Shown here piece after piece: positions 43,201-54,400 of a DNA stretch of 64,000 nucleotides. The notes under the pieces are model-generated. The model was not told the origin of the DNA. It was given only the letters and a program-made list of their open reading frames with translations, and ran no database searches. The first letter of the stretch is position 1; each line of letters begins with the position of its first letter. The stretch lies in the IMG/VR virus record IMGVR_UViG_3300005264_000830, positions 32,001-96,000 of that record; one strand, given 5' to 3'. The position numbers and the translations under genes were made by a program. The DNA is from a virus.

Positions 43201-46200
43201 CTCAAGATAATTTTTTATCTATGAGAGATAATGTTTGGGTAATAAACACATTATCAGATCTTAAAGTAATGACCGAAACACACCCAGGAGTGGAGTTCAA
43301 GATTACAGATGCTTATATTACTGGCGATACTTATAACTATATGGTAAATAAAATATGGCTGACAGGCGATTACTCTGTAACTGTATATGGTGAAGTTATT
43401 AATACTAACTATAATGGAAGTGGGCTAGAGATAAAAATTGATGATTCCTCGCAAGCAATACAAGGATACATGAAAGCAGGATATGACTATGGTGATAAGT
43501 TTATATCTAATATTGGAGGCTTATCTACTGCTGCCCGCAGCGATGATAGTTTTGCTATTAGAATGATAAGGACAGGAACTTCATTAACATCTCACTATAG
43601 TGATGGGCAAACAGGAGCGTATACTTTATTACGTACAGGAACTGTTGATACTGGAGTACATAGTGTGACATTAGGCCTCTGGTGTTCTGGTTCAATATCG
43701 AGTGATCAAATAGTACGAGTAGATGAAGTGATTATAGACTACGCTGGAGGGTATGAATTAAATGAGGCTTTTTCAATGCCCACTATTTCTGGGATGATGT
43801 CTGAGTTATCTTCGGATGTTACTTATTATAATAGTCTATCTACTTTTAATGATTCTATTAGTTTAACAATTAGCGGAGCTTCTACGTTCGATGTTACTAA
43901 TTTAGAAGCAACAAATAATTTTAATTTGAACACTAAGTATCAATATTTAGGAAGTATTGAGAACTTCCCAGATATACCTAATGACCCAGAACCTTGTGAG
44001 GTGCTAAGACGTAACGAACAAGGTACAGCATATGAATGGGCAGATGTTATATTACCAGAAGGTAGACAACAAATTATATTTGATAGTCAAGCTTATGGAG
44101 ATTATTCATTACAGATAAACAATGATGTTTTTAACAATAGAGGGTTATCTATAGATCCACTTTATTCATTCTCAGTTAGGAATGGTTTATTTTTGGAAGA
44201 CAGGGATAGATTGACCATAATAAATGGAGGCACTGGCACAGAATTAATTACAGGACAGGTTAATTCTTTTGCTAAGAAGTGGGATAATACTGGAAGCTCT
44301 TATACTCAAATTAATGGTATGAAGGCTGATATATTTGCTTCTAATGCTTCGTTAAGTTTTTGGTACTATGTAGATTTTGTAGCTAACTGGTTACCTTTTA
44401 TAGGTAAATCAGATGCGTCTAATTCTGAGTGGCGTTGTTGGTTAGGTAATGATGAAAATTTTGATCTCTTTGGTTCAGTTCCTGCTGTTTGGGATCTAAC
44501 TTCTTTATCTTTATCAACTAATTGGCATCACTTTGTAATAACATACAATGGAATTAATGCAGAACTATTCGTTGATGATACCTCTCAAGGAACTAGGGCT
44601 TTTACTGCGGGCTCTTCTACAGATAAAATTTTTTATATAAATAGGGACGGATCTGGCGCCAACTATGCTGATGGTGCAGTAGAGTCTATAAAAATATTCG
44701 AAGATATTTTAACTGCCGCTGATATAACTAAATTGTATAATGAAATTCCAGTATCAAATTACATGAGTTTAATTTCTTCAGATATTAATACTCATATTAA
44801 ATATACAGCAGAAATTGCTGATGGAAAAATATATGCTCGTACTATGTATCCAATTGATGTAAGTGTTACTACTGGTGCTGGATTAAACTATGAAATGCCG
44901 TTGAGAGAGATTTCTATCGAGTCTTTAACTAACACTAGTTCTCCTGAGCCTGGACAATTTGTTCGAAAAGATTACACAGGTACTGCTTATGAGTGGGTAA
45001 GTGGACAGATAGCTGATGGCAGACAACAAACTGTATTTTCACTTCCTGATACTATTAGTGGTACAGAGATATCTATAGAATTAGATGGTACTACATTTTC
45101 AGGAACATTTGGTAAGCTACCTGATATAGATCCAATACAAGAATTTTTATTTGAAGGAGTAGGGACTGAAGATACATCAGCTTATAGCAACAACTTAACT
45201 TTGTCTTCTGCCAGTATTACTACCGGTAAATTTTCTTCTTCTAATGCTATTTCGTTCACAACAAATGGAGAGGCTAATGCCAGTATAGATCTTTCAGGCG
45301 ACCAGTCTCATTCTGTTTCTGCATTTTTATATATACCTAGCACATTACCTGATACAAGAGATGGTGTTATGATGTTAGGTCCACAAACTACTGGTGGGCT
45401 TCATTGGCTTTTACAGGCTTCAGGCAGTTTACAAATTGGAAGATATAATGGGGAAAGTGTTAGTGTAGATGTGTCCTCGTATACAGGGCAATGGGTACAT
45501 ATAGTTTCAGTTTATGATAAAGACGCTGAAACGTTAACATCATATCTTAATGGTAATTTTGTAAGTTCCGTTAATATGTCTTCTTTTTCTTTAAATGGCA
45601 GTACTATATTGGGTGAAGGTGTTCAAGCTGAACCTAGTTTTGGTGGTAAAATAGATCAATTTAGAGTGTATAATTTTCCATTATCCACAAATCAAATAGC
45701 TATTTTGGCTCATGAGCATACTGACTATAATACAGATTATAAGATTCTTTCTCATTTGGCAACACAGATCCAAGCACATGCCGATTATACTGCTGAAGTT
45801 GTTGACGATAAGCTATACGTCAAAGGTGTTCAGAGTAATACATATACTGTTGATACTACTAAAATAAACTATGAGATAATTCCTAGAGAAATTTCTTTAG
45901 AAATTATGACAGGCACAGAAGCCCCAGGCCCAAATCAAATTTTACACAGAAATTCCACTAATACTGGGTATGAATGGAAGGATATTCCAGACGTACAAGT
46001 ACCAGTTATAAAAGAGCTGTTTGATTCATTTGACACAGATATCTGGGAATTAGTAGGGGATGCTAGTTATGATGCCACAAATGATTTGGTTATACTAGTT
46101 CCTAATGCGTATAGTAGTGCTGGTCAGTTGCTATATAAACCTGGAATAACTGCAGATAATTTCACTATTGTGACAAACTGTGAAGCAAGTGGCGGAACTG

Positions 46201-49200
46201 CAGATACCCATAGAATATTTATTTTTTCTGAGGTAGGTACAGGATCAATTATGGATCCACAATACGGGATAGTGTTGGAAATGGATTCTTATAATCGGGA
46301 ACTGCAGATATTTTATAGAGGCGGACCAATAGTAGCAACTGTTGATTTACCAACTCAATTACAAGAAAAGTTTGTTCTTACTTTAGACGTTCAAGATAAC
46401 ATATTAACTGGGACGTTACAATCTGAAAATTATTATTATCGTGTTGAAGCCGACATAAGTGATTTTGACAGAAATTACACAGGTTGTTGGTTTTCAGCAA
46501 ATACTGGAGGCGCAAAATCTCTACGTACAGTAACAAGTATAAGTATATATGAGAATAAAGGTTTAACTGAACTTATAAGTAATTTACCTGAAAGTATATT
46601 AGACTTTGATGATACTCCTGATGGTTTTTCCGATGGACAATATCTACAGTCTACTGCATCTGGTACTGTCTGGGCTACGGTTTCAGGGGGTAGTGGAGGT
46701 TCTTCAGATGTAGAAACATTTCTAGATTTAACCGATACTCCAGCCACTTATTTAGGCACCGAAGACATGTATCTTAAATCAACTGGAAGTGAAGCTGTAT
46801 GGGCTACAGTTTCTGGAAGTTCTGATGTCAATTTGGAAGATTATGTACCTTGGAATTTCGGGTCAGGAACTATTTCCGGCACTGGTGATATTTATTGTAA
46901 TGATATTTATACTGCCAGCGGAACTGTTTATATAGGAGATTTGAAATTATCCACTGACGGAGAGAATCTGTTAGTTAATGGTGAGGAAATCACTTCTTCT
47001 GGAAGTGGAGGATCTTCAGATGTTCAATCTTTTCTAGATCTAAATGATACACCAACAGAATATCCTCTTGGCGGTAAATACATAGGTCTTACTATTTCAA
47101 ATAGTAAAGTAGATGCGTCATTAACAGATTTTCCAATCATGCTAAATATCTCAGAGGACTCTGGTATTGGCTCAGAAGATTTATCTAGTTTTTTTACTGA
47201 ACTAGAAGCACAAGATGTAGATGATAATTTTACTGGAGAGGATGGTGATTCTCCTAGTACTGACTTGTGGCAGGTTGTTGCTGCTCCAGCAGCTACTTCA
47301 GGAGAGATAGATGACAATAAATTAAAAATCACAATTCCTGATTCAGCAAATGATGAGACTTGGAGAATGTCATCAAAATTCTATGTTTCTGGAGACTTTG
47401 ACATCCAAGTTGATTATGAGGAAACTTCTGACACCCCATCATCATCACAGTCATATCCTGCAGAGATGCGACTAGAGTTTATGAATTCTGATCACACATA
47501 TCTACGTACACGCAGAAATAGTGATACTTCAAATGCTATGCATGTTAGTGGTACAAACACAACAAGTACCTCAGTTAGTGATTATGTTGCTTCGGGTAAA
47601 TTTCGTGTTACACGTGTAGGTACTGTCATTAAATGGTATTATTGGGATTCTAGTCAATGGGAATGGAGTGGTAGTACTGTTGGATTTACAACTGGAGAAA
47701 CTACTCTTACTGACACACGGGTATCTTTAGCTGGACATGCCGACTTTGATGCGGGTACCGTTACAGAATTTGACAATTTCAAAGTTAATTCTGGAACAAT
47801 AATTTGGCCGGAAGGAACTCATCCAAATAGAAAGAAAATTCAAATTAAAGATGCTGTTGGAACTCAATGTTATACTGAAATTGAAACTTGGGATCACTTT
47901 AATAAAAAAGTAGTTCTTCATGTTAAGGCTCCATTTATTAGTTCTGTAGTCGACACACAATTAAATTTGATGTACGATTCAACTATGGAAAATAATACCA
48001 GCTTTGTAGGAGATACTACTGATAGCGGCGTTGTTAGTAATGTTTGGGATGATAATTTTAAAGCTGTATATCACATGGCTCAAGATCCTAGTGACGGAAC
48101 AGATGCTATTTTAGATTCTACTGTCAATTCAACACACGCGTCCCCTGTAAACATGGACTCCAGTAATTTAGTTGATACAGATTTTGGAAAAGCACTAAGT
48201 TTTGATGGTTCTGCTGAATATATTGATCTCGGTACAGATAAATTGGTGGATATACATGCTGATACATACACAATAGAAGCTTTTGTAAATATCTCAGGAA
48301 CTGATAATAATACACACTATACGATATTCGGAAGCTATGATACCGGCACCGGTGTAATTTTCCGTTGTTCGAGAGATGCTGAAGGTGATGGATATGTATC
48401 TAATACGGCTGATTACACAAGTACCTCAGCAAGTGAGAGGGGATATGCAGAAATAGATGGCGTAAATTATTATTCAATGACTGGGCGACCTACTGACTAT
48501 ATAACTAATACAAAAAATGGAGTAGTTTTACCTGGTGATATACAGCATATTGCAGGTATCGGATCAGCAACCAGTGATGCCACAGTTAATAAGGAAATAG
48601 GTAGAATTCCACATGCTGGAGGAATTCAATACTTTAAAGGTACCATTAATTCATTAAGAGTTTCAGAGGTAATTAGATCAGCGACTTGGTTAAAGGCCTC
48701 TAGCTTGTCGATGCAAGACCAGTTAATAACTTATCAATTTAATTACCCTTCAAAATATTTATCAGTAAATAGTACAGCTGATGCTTTAGTTTTCAAAGAT
48801 TTTGATTTAGTAACTAATTCAACTCTTCTAAGTTTAGACGATACTCCAACTACTTATTCAGGAACTGAAGGATTGTACGCTAAATCTACAGGTGATGGGA
48901 TAGTGTTTGCCGAGACTATATCTTCTTGGAACTTCGGAGATAATACTATTTCAGGCACTGGTGACATTTACTGTAATGACCTTTTTACTGCCAGTGGTAC
49001 TGTTTATATAGGAGATTTAAAATTATCCTCTGACGGAGAAAATTTACTTATAGGTGATTCTCAAGAAATAGTTTCTACAGGAGTTTCAAATGCACAAACA
49101 TTGTTAGATTTGGACGATACATCAGTTACCTATTCAGGAACTGAAAATCAGTATCTAAAATCTACAGGATCGGGCACAGCTTGGGATTATGTTTCAGAGA

Positions 49201-50708
49201 TTAATACAGGAGATATAGATCCTACGTATGATTCTTTAGGAACATTAAATTCATTATATGTAAGTTCTGAATCTAACTCTATCTTTGAAAAAAATAGAGA
49301 AGCAGTTATTGAAGAACTTCCATATACTGCAAAATCTATAATTATAGATGTTTTGGACAATTACGGAGAAGAAAATCTTAATATCAGGTCCGTTGAATTT
49401 TATAATGGAGACTCACTCTTAACATTTGGTTATGATGACTATACTTCAGATGCTACCAGTTCACATGGAGCTCTACCAGATAGTCAAAGACATATGTTCA
49501 ATACGTCATTATCCAAAACTGGAACAAGGAACAACACATCGTGGCTTACACCTTATGGAGTTGTTACTAATCAAAGAGCCATTGTGGTTTTTGATACAGC
49601 CATTACATTCACAAAGATAGTAATAAATAATGGACATAATGGTGGAGGAATGACTACCGGAGCAAAGAATACAAAAATTTATACATCTTCAAATGAAATT
49701 ACCAGTACAGTATTTAATGAAGTAGTACCGAACTCTTTATTAATTTTTGATGGTATATTCACTGAACATGTAGCTGAAGATACTATAGATGATGAGCTAC
49801 TTAGTTTAATTCCTAATGTAGCAGTAGAAAATTCTGGTTGGGACATAGTTTTAGAAACAAAAAATAATTTAATTGAGTTAAATGACACACCAACTACGTA
49901 TTCGGGTACAGAGGATATGTACCTACAATCAACTGGTTCTGGTACAGTTTGGTCTACAATTGTAGAGGAAGGAACTTCAAACGTTCAATCCTTTTTAGAT
50001 TTAGACGATACTCCAACAACGTATACTGAAGGACAAGTTCTAGTATCTACAGTTTCTGGAATAGAATTCGCGGGTAACAGTGAGACAAAAACGTTTGTAA
50101 AAGCTGGACCTTCAACTAATCAATTAATAACTGATGATGTAACTTTAGCATTGGATTCAGTTTTTGATGGTAATACAGCATTGGTTTCAGGAACCAATAT
50201 TATTATCCCTGAAGACGGTAGATATAATATTAAGTATCAAATTATGTATACAGATAGTGAGCCTGATAACGCCACATTACAAGAAGTGTATGTAGAAACA
50301 AGAGTCAATACCTCAGTTATTAATAAGTATAGAAATGCTGCTGGGCATAGTACTGGGTGGAATGGTATGGGTATATATGGAGAAGTTCCATCATTAGAAC
50401 TAGACGCTGGTGATTTAGTTGATTTTACTGTAGGACAATGGACACAGGTAGAGAGGGTATTGGTATCTAACTCTGCTAAGACTTGGGTACATATAGAAAA
50501 AACTCATGATCCTATAGTGAATGTAATTAACAACTCTGCGTTTACTTCTTTAGTCGACACACCATCTTCGTACACTGAAGGACAGTATTTAAGAACCACT
50601 GCTTCTGGAATTAATGCTATAGATGGTATTATATTAAAAGCACCGGATGATAGTGAATGGTTATTAGGAGTTACAAATTCGGGAACCCTTACTGTAACGG
50701 AGGTATAG
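40209..50708 (+). CDS. Giant tail-fibre-like protein with DTPxxY repeats, two DUF2341-like+LamG modules and further LamG domains
   Basis: 3499 aa; 11 [FL]xDLxDTPxxY repeats; QCYT.[VI]E.WD...K.VVLH.K.P twice; WHHFVITYNG, WVHIVSVYD. Confidence 0.72.
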   Translation: MEATYISTNSFSITGQKTEEFLPNRRLRLDCGVDGIKYASIISAVFTSVTIVVIDENILTSNLTDVLYSVVKTGTQGNLADHFHSSTEGDGGYIAPPTFEFTGLTDTPTTYSGTEGLYAQSTGSGIIWTEVTTSGGEGGSSDVQTFLDLTDTPTSYPADGDYISILVDGSNLTEPISNYPLTLKLSDSAGTNSKDLTAFFNELTVSPDDAFIGEDGDLPNSDLWNLEYLQDNAIIQDNRLRVSSSYNTPIPSMYQISGDFDIQIDLIMIVLPSTAAWTMGFYVEWEGSTTDLVRMSRRYDVAVNQCYQADRRISGTWTSISDVATSDTNLSLRITRSGTTFTCYYWNGSWVSMGTYNGVADDVRVVLDHGPWSTPPAITGDFDNFKINSGTVVWPNGYPTNKRFSIQDTNGNQCYTAVEKWDIDNKEVVLHTKVPLISTNTTEYRLFYDASMEDNIIYVSDSHEHLDKGFTGETFTYPDGHIMDKHSWYTNYDLFATDDLSNVLTNIQDNKLQIDITVAATSRGNLITKGKLSGDFDIQIDWEMVGSEELAMYLWKDLTSLDDRCYIGINPANEDIRTRSKIGTTWDTEVNVSRTNDFGRFRVQRVGSAMTWQYQDGEQSWQTLGTSTWISDDCHIVLYGKCTNITLTTLIFDNLILNSGSLIEPGAYTRVWDDHFTAVYDLNQVPVVDQATILDATTNFQHAIARGTLNSSNLVDSFLTTGIQFDIDDDSIHIPDGVFSNLSHTTEIFAKFETGFADGNILCKGGSGESVPTNIYRWNWKTYGLGYYYEYDNGTNSTEHVTTLPINPRDLEYHTFSTIQGTDCYKAGIDNYVSQWATGVGNTDSTAGTALGPCYNDNNGVRTYSNWHGVVELVRISDIIRSDSWVKATNLAIRDEFVSFEFGTVSKYLAPSSTANKLEFKDFSVLKDTNFTDLLDTPESYINNEGKLLQTTTSGIEFVPRNKILSQISTVTSTGTLTPGDYYTFRIDDTSYNYYISSQDNFLSMRDNVWVINTLSDLKVMTETHPGVEFKITDAYITGDTYNYMVNKIWLTGDYSVTVYGEVINTNYNGSGLEIKIDDSSQAIQGYMKAGYDYGDKFISNIGGLSTAARSDDSFAIRMIRTGTSLTSHYSDGQTGAYTLLRTGTVDTGVHSVTLGLWCSGSISSDQIVRVDEVIIDYAGGYELNEAFSMPTISGMMSELSSDVTYYNSLSTFNDSISLTISGASTFDVTNLEATNNFNLNTKYQYLGSIENFPDIPNDPEPCEVLRRNEQGTAYEWADVILPEGRQQIIFDSQAYGDYSLQINNDVFNNRGLSIDPLYSFSVRNGLFLEDRDRLTIINGGTGTELITGQVNSFAKKWDNTGSSYTQINGMKADIFASNASLSFWYYVDFVANWLPFIGKSDASNSEWRCWLGNDENFDLFGSVPAVWDLTSLSLSTNWHHFVITYNGINAELFVDDTSQGTRAFTAGSSTDKIFYINRDGSGANYADGAVESIKIFEDILTAADITKLYNEIPVSNYMSLISSDINTHIKYTAEIADGKIYARTMYPIDVSVTTGAGLNYEMPLREISIESLTNTSSPEPGQFVRKDYTGTAYEWVSGQIADGRQQTVFSLPDTISGTEISIELDGTTFSGTFGKLPDIDPIQEFLFEGVGTEDTSAYSNNLTLSSASITTGKFSSSNAISFTTNGEANASIDLSGDQSHSVSAFLYIPSTLPDTRDGVMMLGPQTTGGLHWLLQASGSLQIGRYNGESVSVDVSSYTGQWVHIVSVYDKDAETLTSYLNGNFVSSVNMSSFSLNGSTILGEGVQAEPSFGGKIDQFRVYNFPLSTNQIAILAHEHTDYNTDYKILSHLATQIQAHADYTAEVVDDKLYVKGVQSNTYTVDTTKINYEIIPREISLEIMTGTEAPGPNQILHRNSTNTGYEWKDIPDVQVPVIKELFDSFDTDIWELVGDASYDATNDLVILVPNAYSSAGQLLYKPGITADNFTIVTNCEASGGTADTHRIFIFSEVGTGSIMDPQYGIVLEMDSYNRELQIFYRGGPIVATVDLPTQLQEKFVLTLDVQDNILTGTLQSENYYYRVEADISDFDRNYTGCWFSANTGGAKSLRTVTSISIYENKGLTELISNLPESILDFDDTPDGFSDGQYLQSTASGTVWATVSGGSGGSSDVETFLDLTDTPATYLGTEDMYLKSTGSEAVWATVSGSSDVNLEDYVPWNFGSGTISGTGDIYCNDIYTASGTVYIGDLKLSTDGENLLVNGEEITSSGSGGSSDVQSFLDLNDTPTEYPLGGKYIGLTISNSKVDASLTDFPIMLNISEDSGIGSEDLSSFFTELEAQDVDDNFTGEDGDSPSTDLWQVVAAPAATSGEIDDNKLKITIPDSANDETWRMSSKFYVSGDFDIQVDYEETSDTPSSSQSYPAEMRLEFMNSDHTYLRTRRNSDTSNAMHVSGTNTTSTSVSDYVASGKFRVTRVGTVIKWYYWDSSQWEWSGSTVGFTTGETTLTDTRVSLAGHADFDAGTVTEFDNFKVNSGTIIWPEGTHPNRKKIQIKDAVGTQCYTEIETWDHFNKKVVLHVKAPFISSVVDTQLNLMYDSTMENNTSFVGDTTDSGVVSNVWDDNFKAVYHMAQDPSDGTDAILDSTVNSTHASPVNMDSSNLVDTDFGKALSFDGSAEYIDLGTDKLVDIHADTYTIEAFVNISGTDNNTHYTIFGSYDTGTGVIFRCSRDAEGDGYVSNTADYTSTSASERGYAEIDGVNYYSMTGRPTDYITNTKNGVVLPGDIQHIAGIGSATSDATVNKEIGRIPHAGGIQYFKGTINSLRVSEVIRSATWLKASSLSMQDQLITYQFNYPSKYLSVNSTADALVFKDFDLVTNSTLLSLDDTPTTYSGTEGLYAKSTGDGIVFAETISSWNFGDNTISGTGDIYCNDLFTASGTVYIGDLKLSSDGENLLIGDSQEIVSTGVSNAQTLLDLDDTSVTYSGTENQYLKSTGSGTAWDYVSEINTGDIDPTYDSLGTLNSLYVSSESNSIFEKNREAVIEELPYTAKSIIIDVLDNYGEENLNIRSVEFYNGDSLLTFGYDDYTSDATSSHGALPDSQRHMFNTSLSKTGTRNNTSWLTPYGVVTNQRAIVVFDTAITFTKIVINNGHNGGGMTTGAKNTKIYTSSNEITSTVFNEVVPNSLLIFDGIFTEHVAEDTIDDELLSLIPNVAVENSGWDIVLETKNNLIELNDTPTTYSGTEDMYLQSTGSGTVWSTIVEEGTSNVQSFLDLDDTPTTYTEGQVLVSTVSGIEFAGNSETKTFVKAGPSTNQLITDDVTLALDSVFDGNTALVSGTNIIIPEDGRYNIKYQIMYTDSEPDNATLQEVYVETRVNTSVINKYRNAAGHSTGWNGMGIYGEVPSLELDAGDLVDFTVGQWTQVERVLVSNSAKTWVHIEKTHDPIVNVINNSAFTSLVDTPSSYTEGQYLRTTASGINAIDGIILKAPDDSEWLLGVTNSGTLTVTEV
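46851..46970 (+). repeat. 120-bp intragenic direct repeat, copy 1
   Basis: Encodes WNFGSGTISGTGDIYCNDIYTASGTVYIGDLKLSTDGENL; clear nucleotide similarity to 48927-49046. Confidence 0.85.
48927..49046 (+). repeat. 120-bp intragenic direct repeat, copy 2
   Basis: Encodes WNFGDNTISGTGDIYCNDLFTASGTVYIGDLKLSSDGENL. Confidence 0.85.
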
Positions 50709-50709
50709 T

Positions 50710-51480
50710 ATGTCAGATTGTCAAGATCTGTATACATGGGTAGATGAAATATTTTATGAGTGGATAGATGAAGCCTACTTCGAGTTCGGCGAGTGTCCTA
50801 CTGGCGTACTTTATCAAGTATGGAAAGATGCCGATTATGCTTATGCTGTGACTTCTTCTGGATTAGATATGTATGATATTAATTCTGCTAATAAAGTATC
50901 CTATATAAATAATAGAGGCGGTTTTACAACTATTTGGGGTAATGATTCTACAATTTATTTAGGTACTTCAGATGAAGGTATAAAGTATATAGATAAAACT
51001 ACGTTTTCAGGCGGAGATTTAACCATTAATTTACAAGAGTACGATTACACTTATAATACAGCCTCCAATAGCATTAAATATTTACATGGGTACACAGATA
51101 CTTTAGTTGCGATCACTGAGGATGCTATAGATATATTAAATAATAGTAGACATAGTTTTAAAAGTACAACGAGCGGTACTAATTTTACTAAATGCTTTAT
51201 GACTTCTAAAGGTGAGTTATATTACATTACACAAGACTCACCAACAGATGGAATATCAAAAATTAATTCTGTATTATGTGATTGGATAGCTCCTGATACT
51301 TTTTATGGGTCCGGTACTTCCTTTTTACCAGCTGAACAGGGAGTAAATGATATATTTATAACAGAAAATACTTCTTCTACTGGAGAAGATAATACAATTT
51401 TTGTTGCTACAACTAATGGAGCAGTTATACTAGATGAGGGTACCACAGAGTTTGATACATATTACAGTAAGGATGGATAA
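50710..51480 (+). CDS. Putative virion protein, beta-propeller-like
   Basis: 256 aa; YAVTSSGLDM, YLGTSDEGI, FVATTNGAVI blade-like repeats. Confidence 0.6.
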   Translation: MSDCQDLYTWVDEIFYEWIDEAYFEFGECPTGVLYQVWKDADYAYAVTSSGLDMYDINSANKVSYINNRGGFTTIWGNDSTIYLGTSDEGIKYIDKTTFSGGDLTINLQEYDYTYNTASNSIKYLHGYTDTLVAITEDAIDILNNSRHSFKSTTSGTNFTKCFMTSKGELYYITQDSPTDGISKINSVLCDWIAPDTFYGSGTSFLPAEQGVNDIFITENTSSTGEDNTIFVATTNGAVILDEGTTEFDTYYSKDG

Positions 51481-51483
51481 TTT

Positions 51484-54400
51484 ATGTCACAATTAGCACT
51501 ATCAGTAGAGTTTATTGATCTAGAGATGGCCGGAACCACTGAAGCTACCACTTCAGGTATGTTAACTAAGGGCCAGGATATATCGAACTGTGTTCCTTTT
51601 ATGTCTCACTATTGTGAGAACGAAAGTTGGGATGGTCAGATGACAGATTACTGGTTTACTGATGTGGGAGGCCCAGCAATAAATGCTCGCCGAACTACAC
51701 CAAGAGACAATACAATATATATAAAAGGGTATGTTGTAGAATTTGATCCAGAAAAAGTTAAAGTATATCAGGGAGATATACCTACTACTATAAATTATAA
51801 TTCGGAGACTTCGGTAACTGTAACAACAGCAAGCGGGGCTTATGATACGTCGCGTACGGCCATGAAGTTTTATTATAGAGTTGATGGGTCTTCTAATCCT
51901 ACATATCCTGGCCAGTTTTTGGTTAGGGGGCAAGTGGTTGACGGTACTTCTATTTCTTTTAATAAACATGTTAACGTCGCAAATACACATTATGGGCATT
52001 ATTTTATGTTTGAGTCTATTGATGATGATTTTACTGTAGAACATAACTCTGGTACATTTACTGGAGGAATAGGTATTGAAGTACCTGTGTATGATTGGCA
52101 CAATTCATTTCTTATTTGTTCTAATTCTACTAGTTGGAATGGCACAGGTACTGATTACGCTACTATGCGTGCCTATTTATGGGGAAATTCTCGTATCCAC
52201 ATGAACAGACAAAGTTCCTCTTACACTTGTTATTATAATACGCAACTTATTGAATTTAGTAATGAAGCAACTTTATCTGGAGTAAGGTATTGTCCTAAAA
52301 TAACTAATTATCATAGTATGAATACTACAACTACAGAGCGTACTCTTACACATAGAGAGAACCATATACAAAATTCTGATACTCTTATGATGTCAGTAAC
52401 TCAAAATCCTACAAGAAATGCGTCTACAACTCAAAACAACCAAGAAGGTGCTTTTCATGCTATATGGTGTACCAATAGTGGGACTCAATATATAATTAAA
52501 CGGGCTGTATCGACTTTTTATGCGTATCCTACTTATTATTTAATAGATTGGAATGGGCAATACCCTCAGTATCCTGATTTGGGAACAAATCCTGCACCAA
52601 TAGCTTCAGGCACATCTCCAGTTAAATCGGTGGAGAATATAGTTACTAATATAGCAGAACATGTAGAGGTTGTACATCTATCTAAAGGACAAGATGTAGC
52701 AAACTGTATTGTATTCGAATCTGGATTTTCTAATAAAACTAGTTCTTACGAACAATACTACCAGCATGAAGCTATGACATACTTTAGGGGTAATGAGTTA
52801 TACATAGAACGTGGTAATGAGGGTTGGGATAGGCATACCGATTTATCTGTAGTTGAGTTTTACCCTGATCAAGTCAGAGTTCAACAAGGGCAATTTATTA
52901 TAGACAGAAACGCTACAGAAACTACGGTAACTCTTGATTATGAGATAGACATCGAAAAAACTTTTTTAGTTTTCGGTCATTTTATGGGGGGTAGTGAAGG
53001 TCAGTGGGGTTATCATCAAGTTCTAGGTTATACTCAAAACACAACTACTCTTCATTTTTCTCGTGGAACGGCATCTACATATCCTATAATGGGTTCTTGG
53101 TATATAGCTGAAGATTTAGGGGATAATTGGGACGTTAAACGTGTTAATACTGGATTTTCTTCTTTTAGTTCGTATTCGTATGAATGGCCGTGGCACGCTT
53201 CTATATATAATACATTTGTACTAATTTCTAATAAAATAGACACTACAAATGGTGCACCTATCTATTCTACTTGGAGAACCTTTAACCATGGCCCATTAGA
53301 TTCTGGTAGAGTAGATAGATATAGTAATTCATATAATACTCAAGTAGGTATACAAGTAATTAAGTTTACCAATGATGATCGTATTAGAACTCATTACTCA
53401 GCAAGGAATTTAACTGGTACAGAAGAAAGTGAAACTTATACACCTTATACAGCCATGTCTGGTATGAATGTTACTGCTGTATTAAGTAGTTTAAATGGAC
53501 AATACAGAACTAATTCGACTAGTTCTAGTAGAAGTGTCTGCGCTTTTGCTAGAATACATTATGATGAAGATACAAATCAAGTAACTTTATCTAGAAATAA
53601 TGGATCTAATTATAGTGTAACTTCTGAGGCTACAATTTATACAGTAGCTTGGGAAGGATTCGAGTCAAATACTGGCGATAAAGAGATTGATAATTATGGA
53701 TATTTCATAAAATCAATAGATAGACATACATACACCGGAAGTACTAGGCGTTGGCAAACACGGATAGAGAACGGACAAGATTTAAATAATTGTATTCCTA
53801 TAACTACGTGTGGTATAGGTGAAACAGCGGCAGCAGATTTGGAGCGTATGTTTTTTACTCCGTGGATATATCCTGACTTAGGGAGAATACATTATGAAGC
53901 TTATTGGACACCAAATAATCCAGGCATAGATATGGCACTACAGTTATTAGAATTTGACCCAGAACAAGTTAAGGTACAAAGAGGCTATACTTACTTATGG
54001 AATGGGGCAGCTACTGCTACGAATGTGATTGAAGAAGTAGATATTACAAAAACCTTTATGATGCATTATGTGTATGTAAGTGATAATGTCGGCACAACTT
54101 TTGGTGGAGCGTCTATAGCAGGTAAGATTAATACATCTACTGAATTACATTTTGAGCGCGGTAATACAACTGGTAGTACTATGATTACCTGGTATGTAGT
54201 TGAGTGTCTTCAAGATCAATGGGTAGTTCAACATGGGGAGATTAATAATTCTAATACGACTTATTATACTTGGGACTGCATTGATATGCCAGAGCATAGA
54301 TCAATTACTTGGATGTCTTACGCACAAGAACAGACTCAGTTTTATCCCTCTTATTGTATGTTTAGAACATATGCGAATCACGATCAACGCGGTATATATC

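Noticed and set aside
46851-49046. Diversity-generating retroelement TR/VR pair
   Set aside because: Both repeats are internal and in frame, differences are mostly synonymous rather than adenine-specific, and there is no reverse transcriptase in the window
26215-50708. Inteins or introns explaining the giant ORFs
   Set aside because: No LAGLIDADG/HNH motifs or clear intein splice-junction patterns recognised; the inserts look like binding domains
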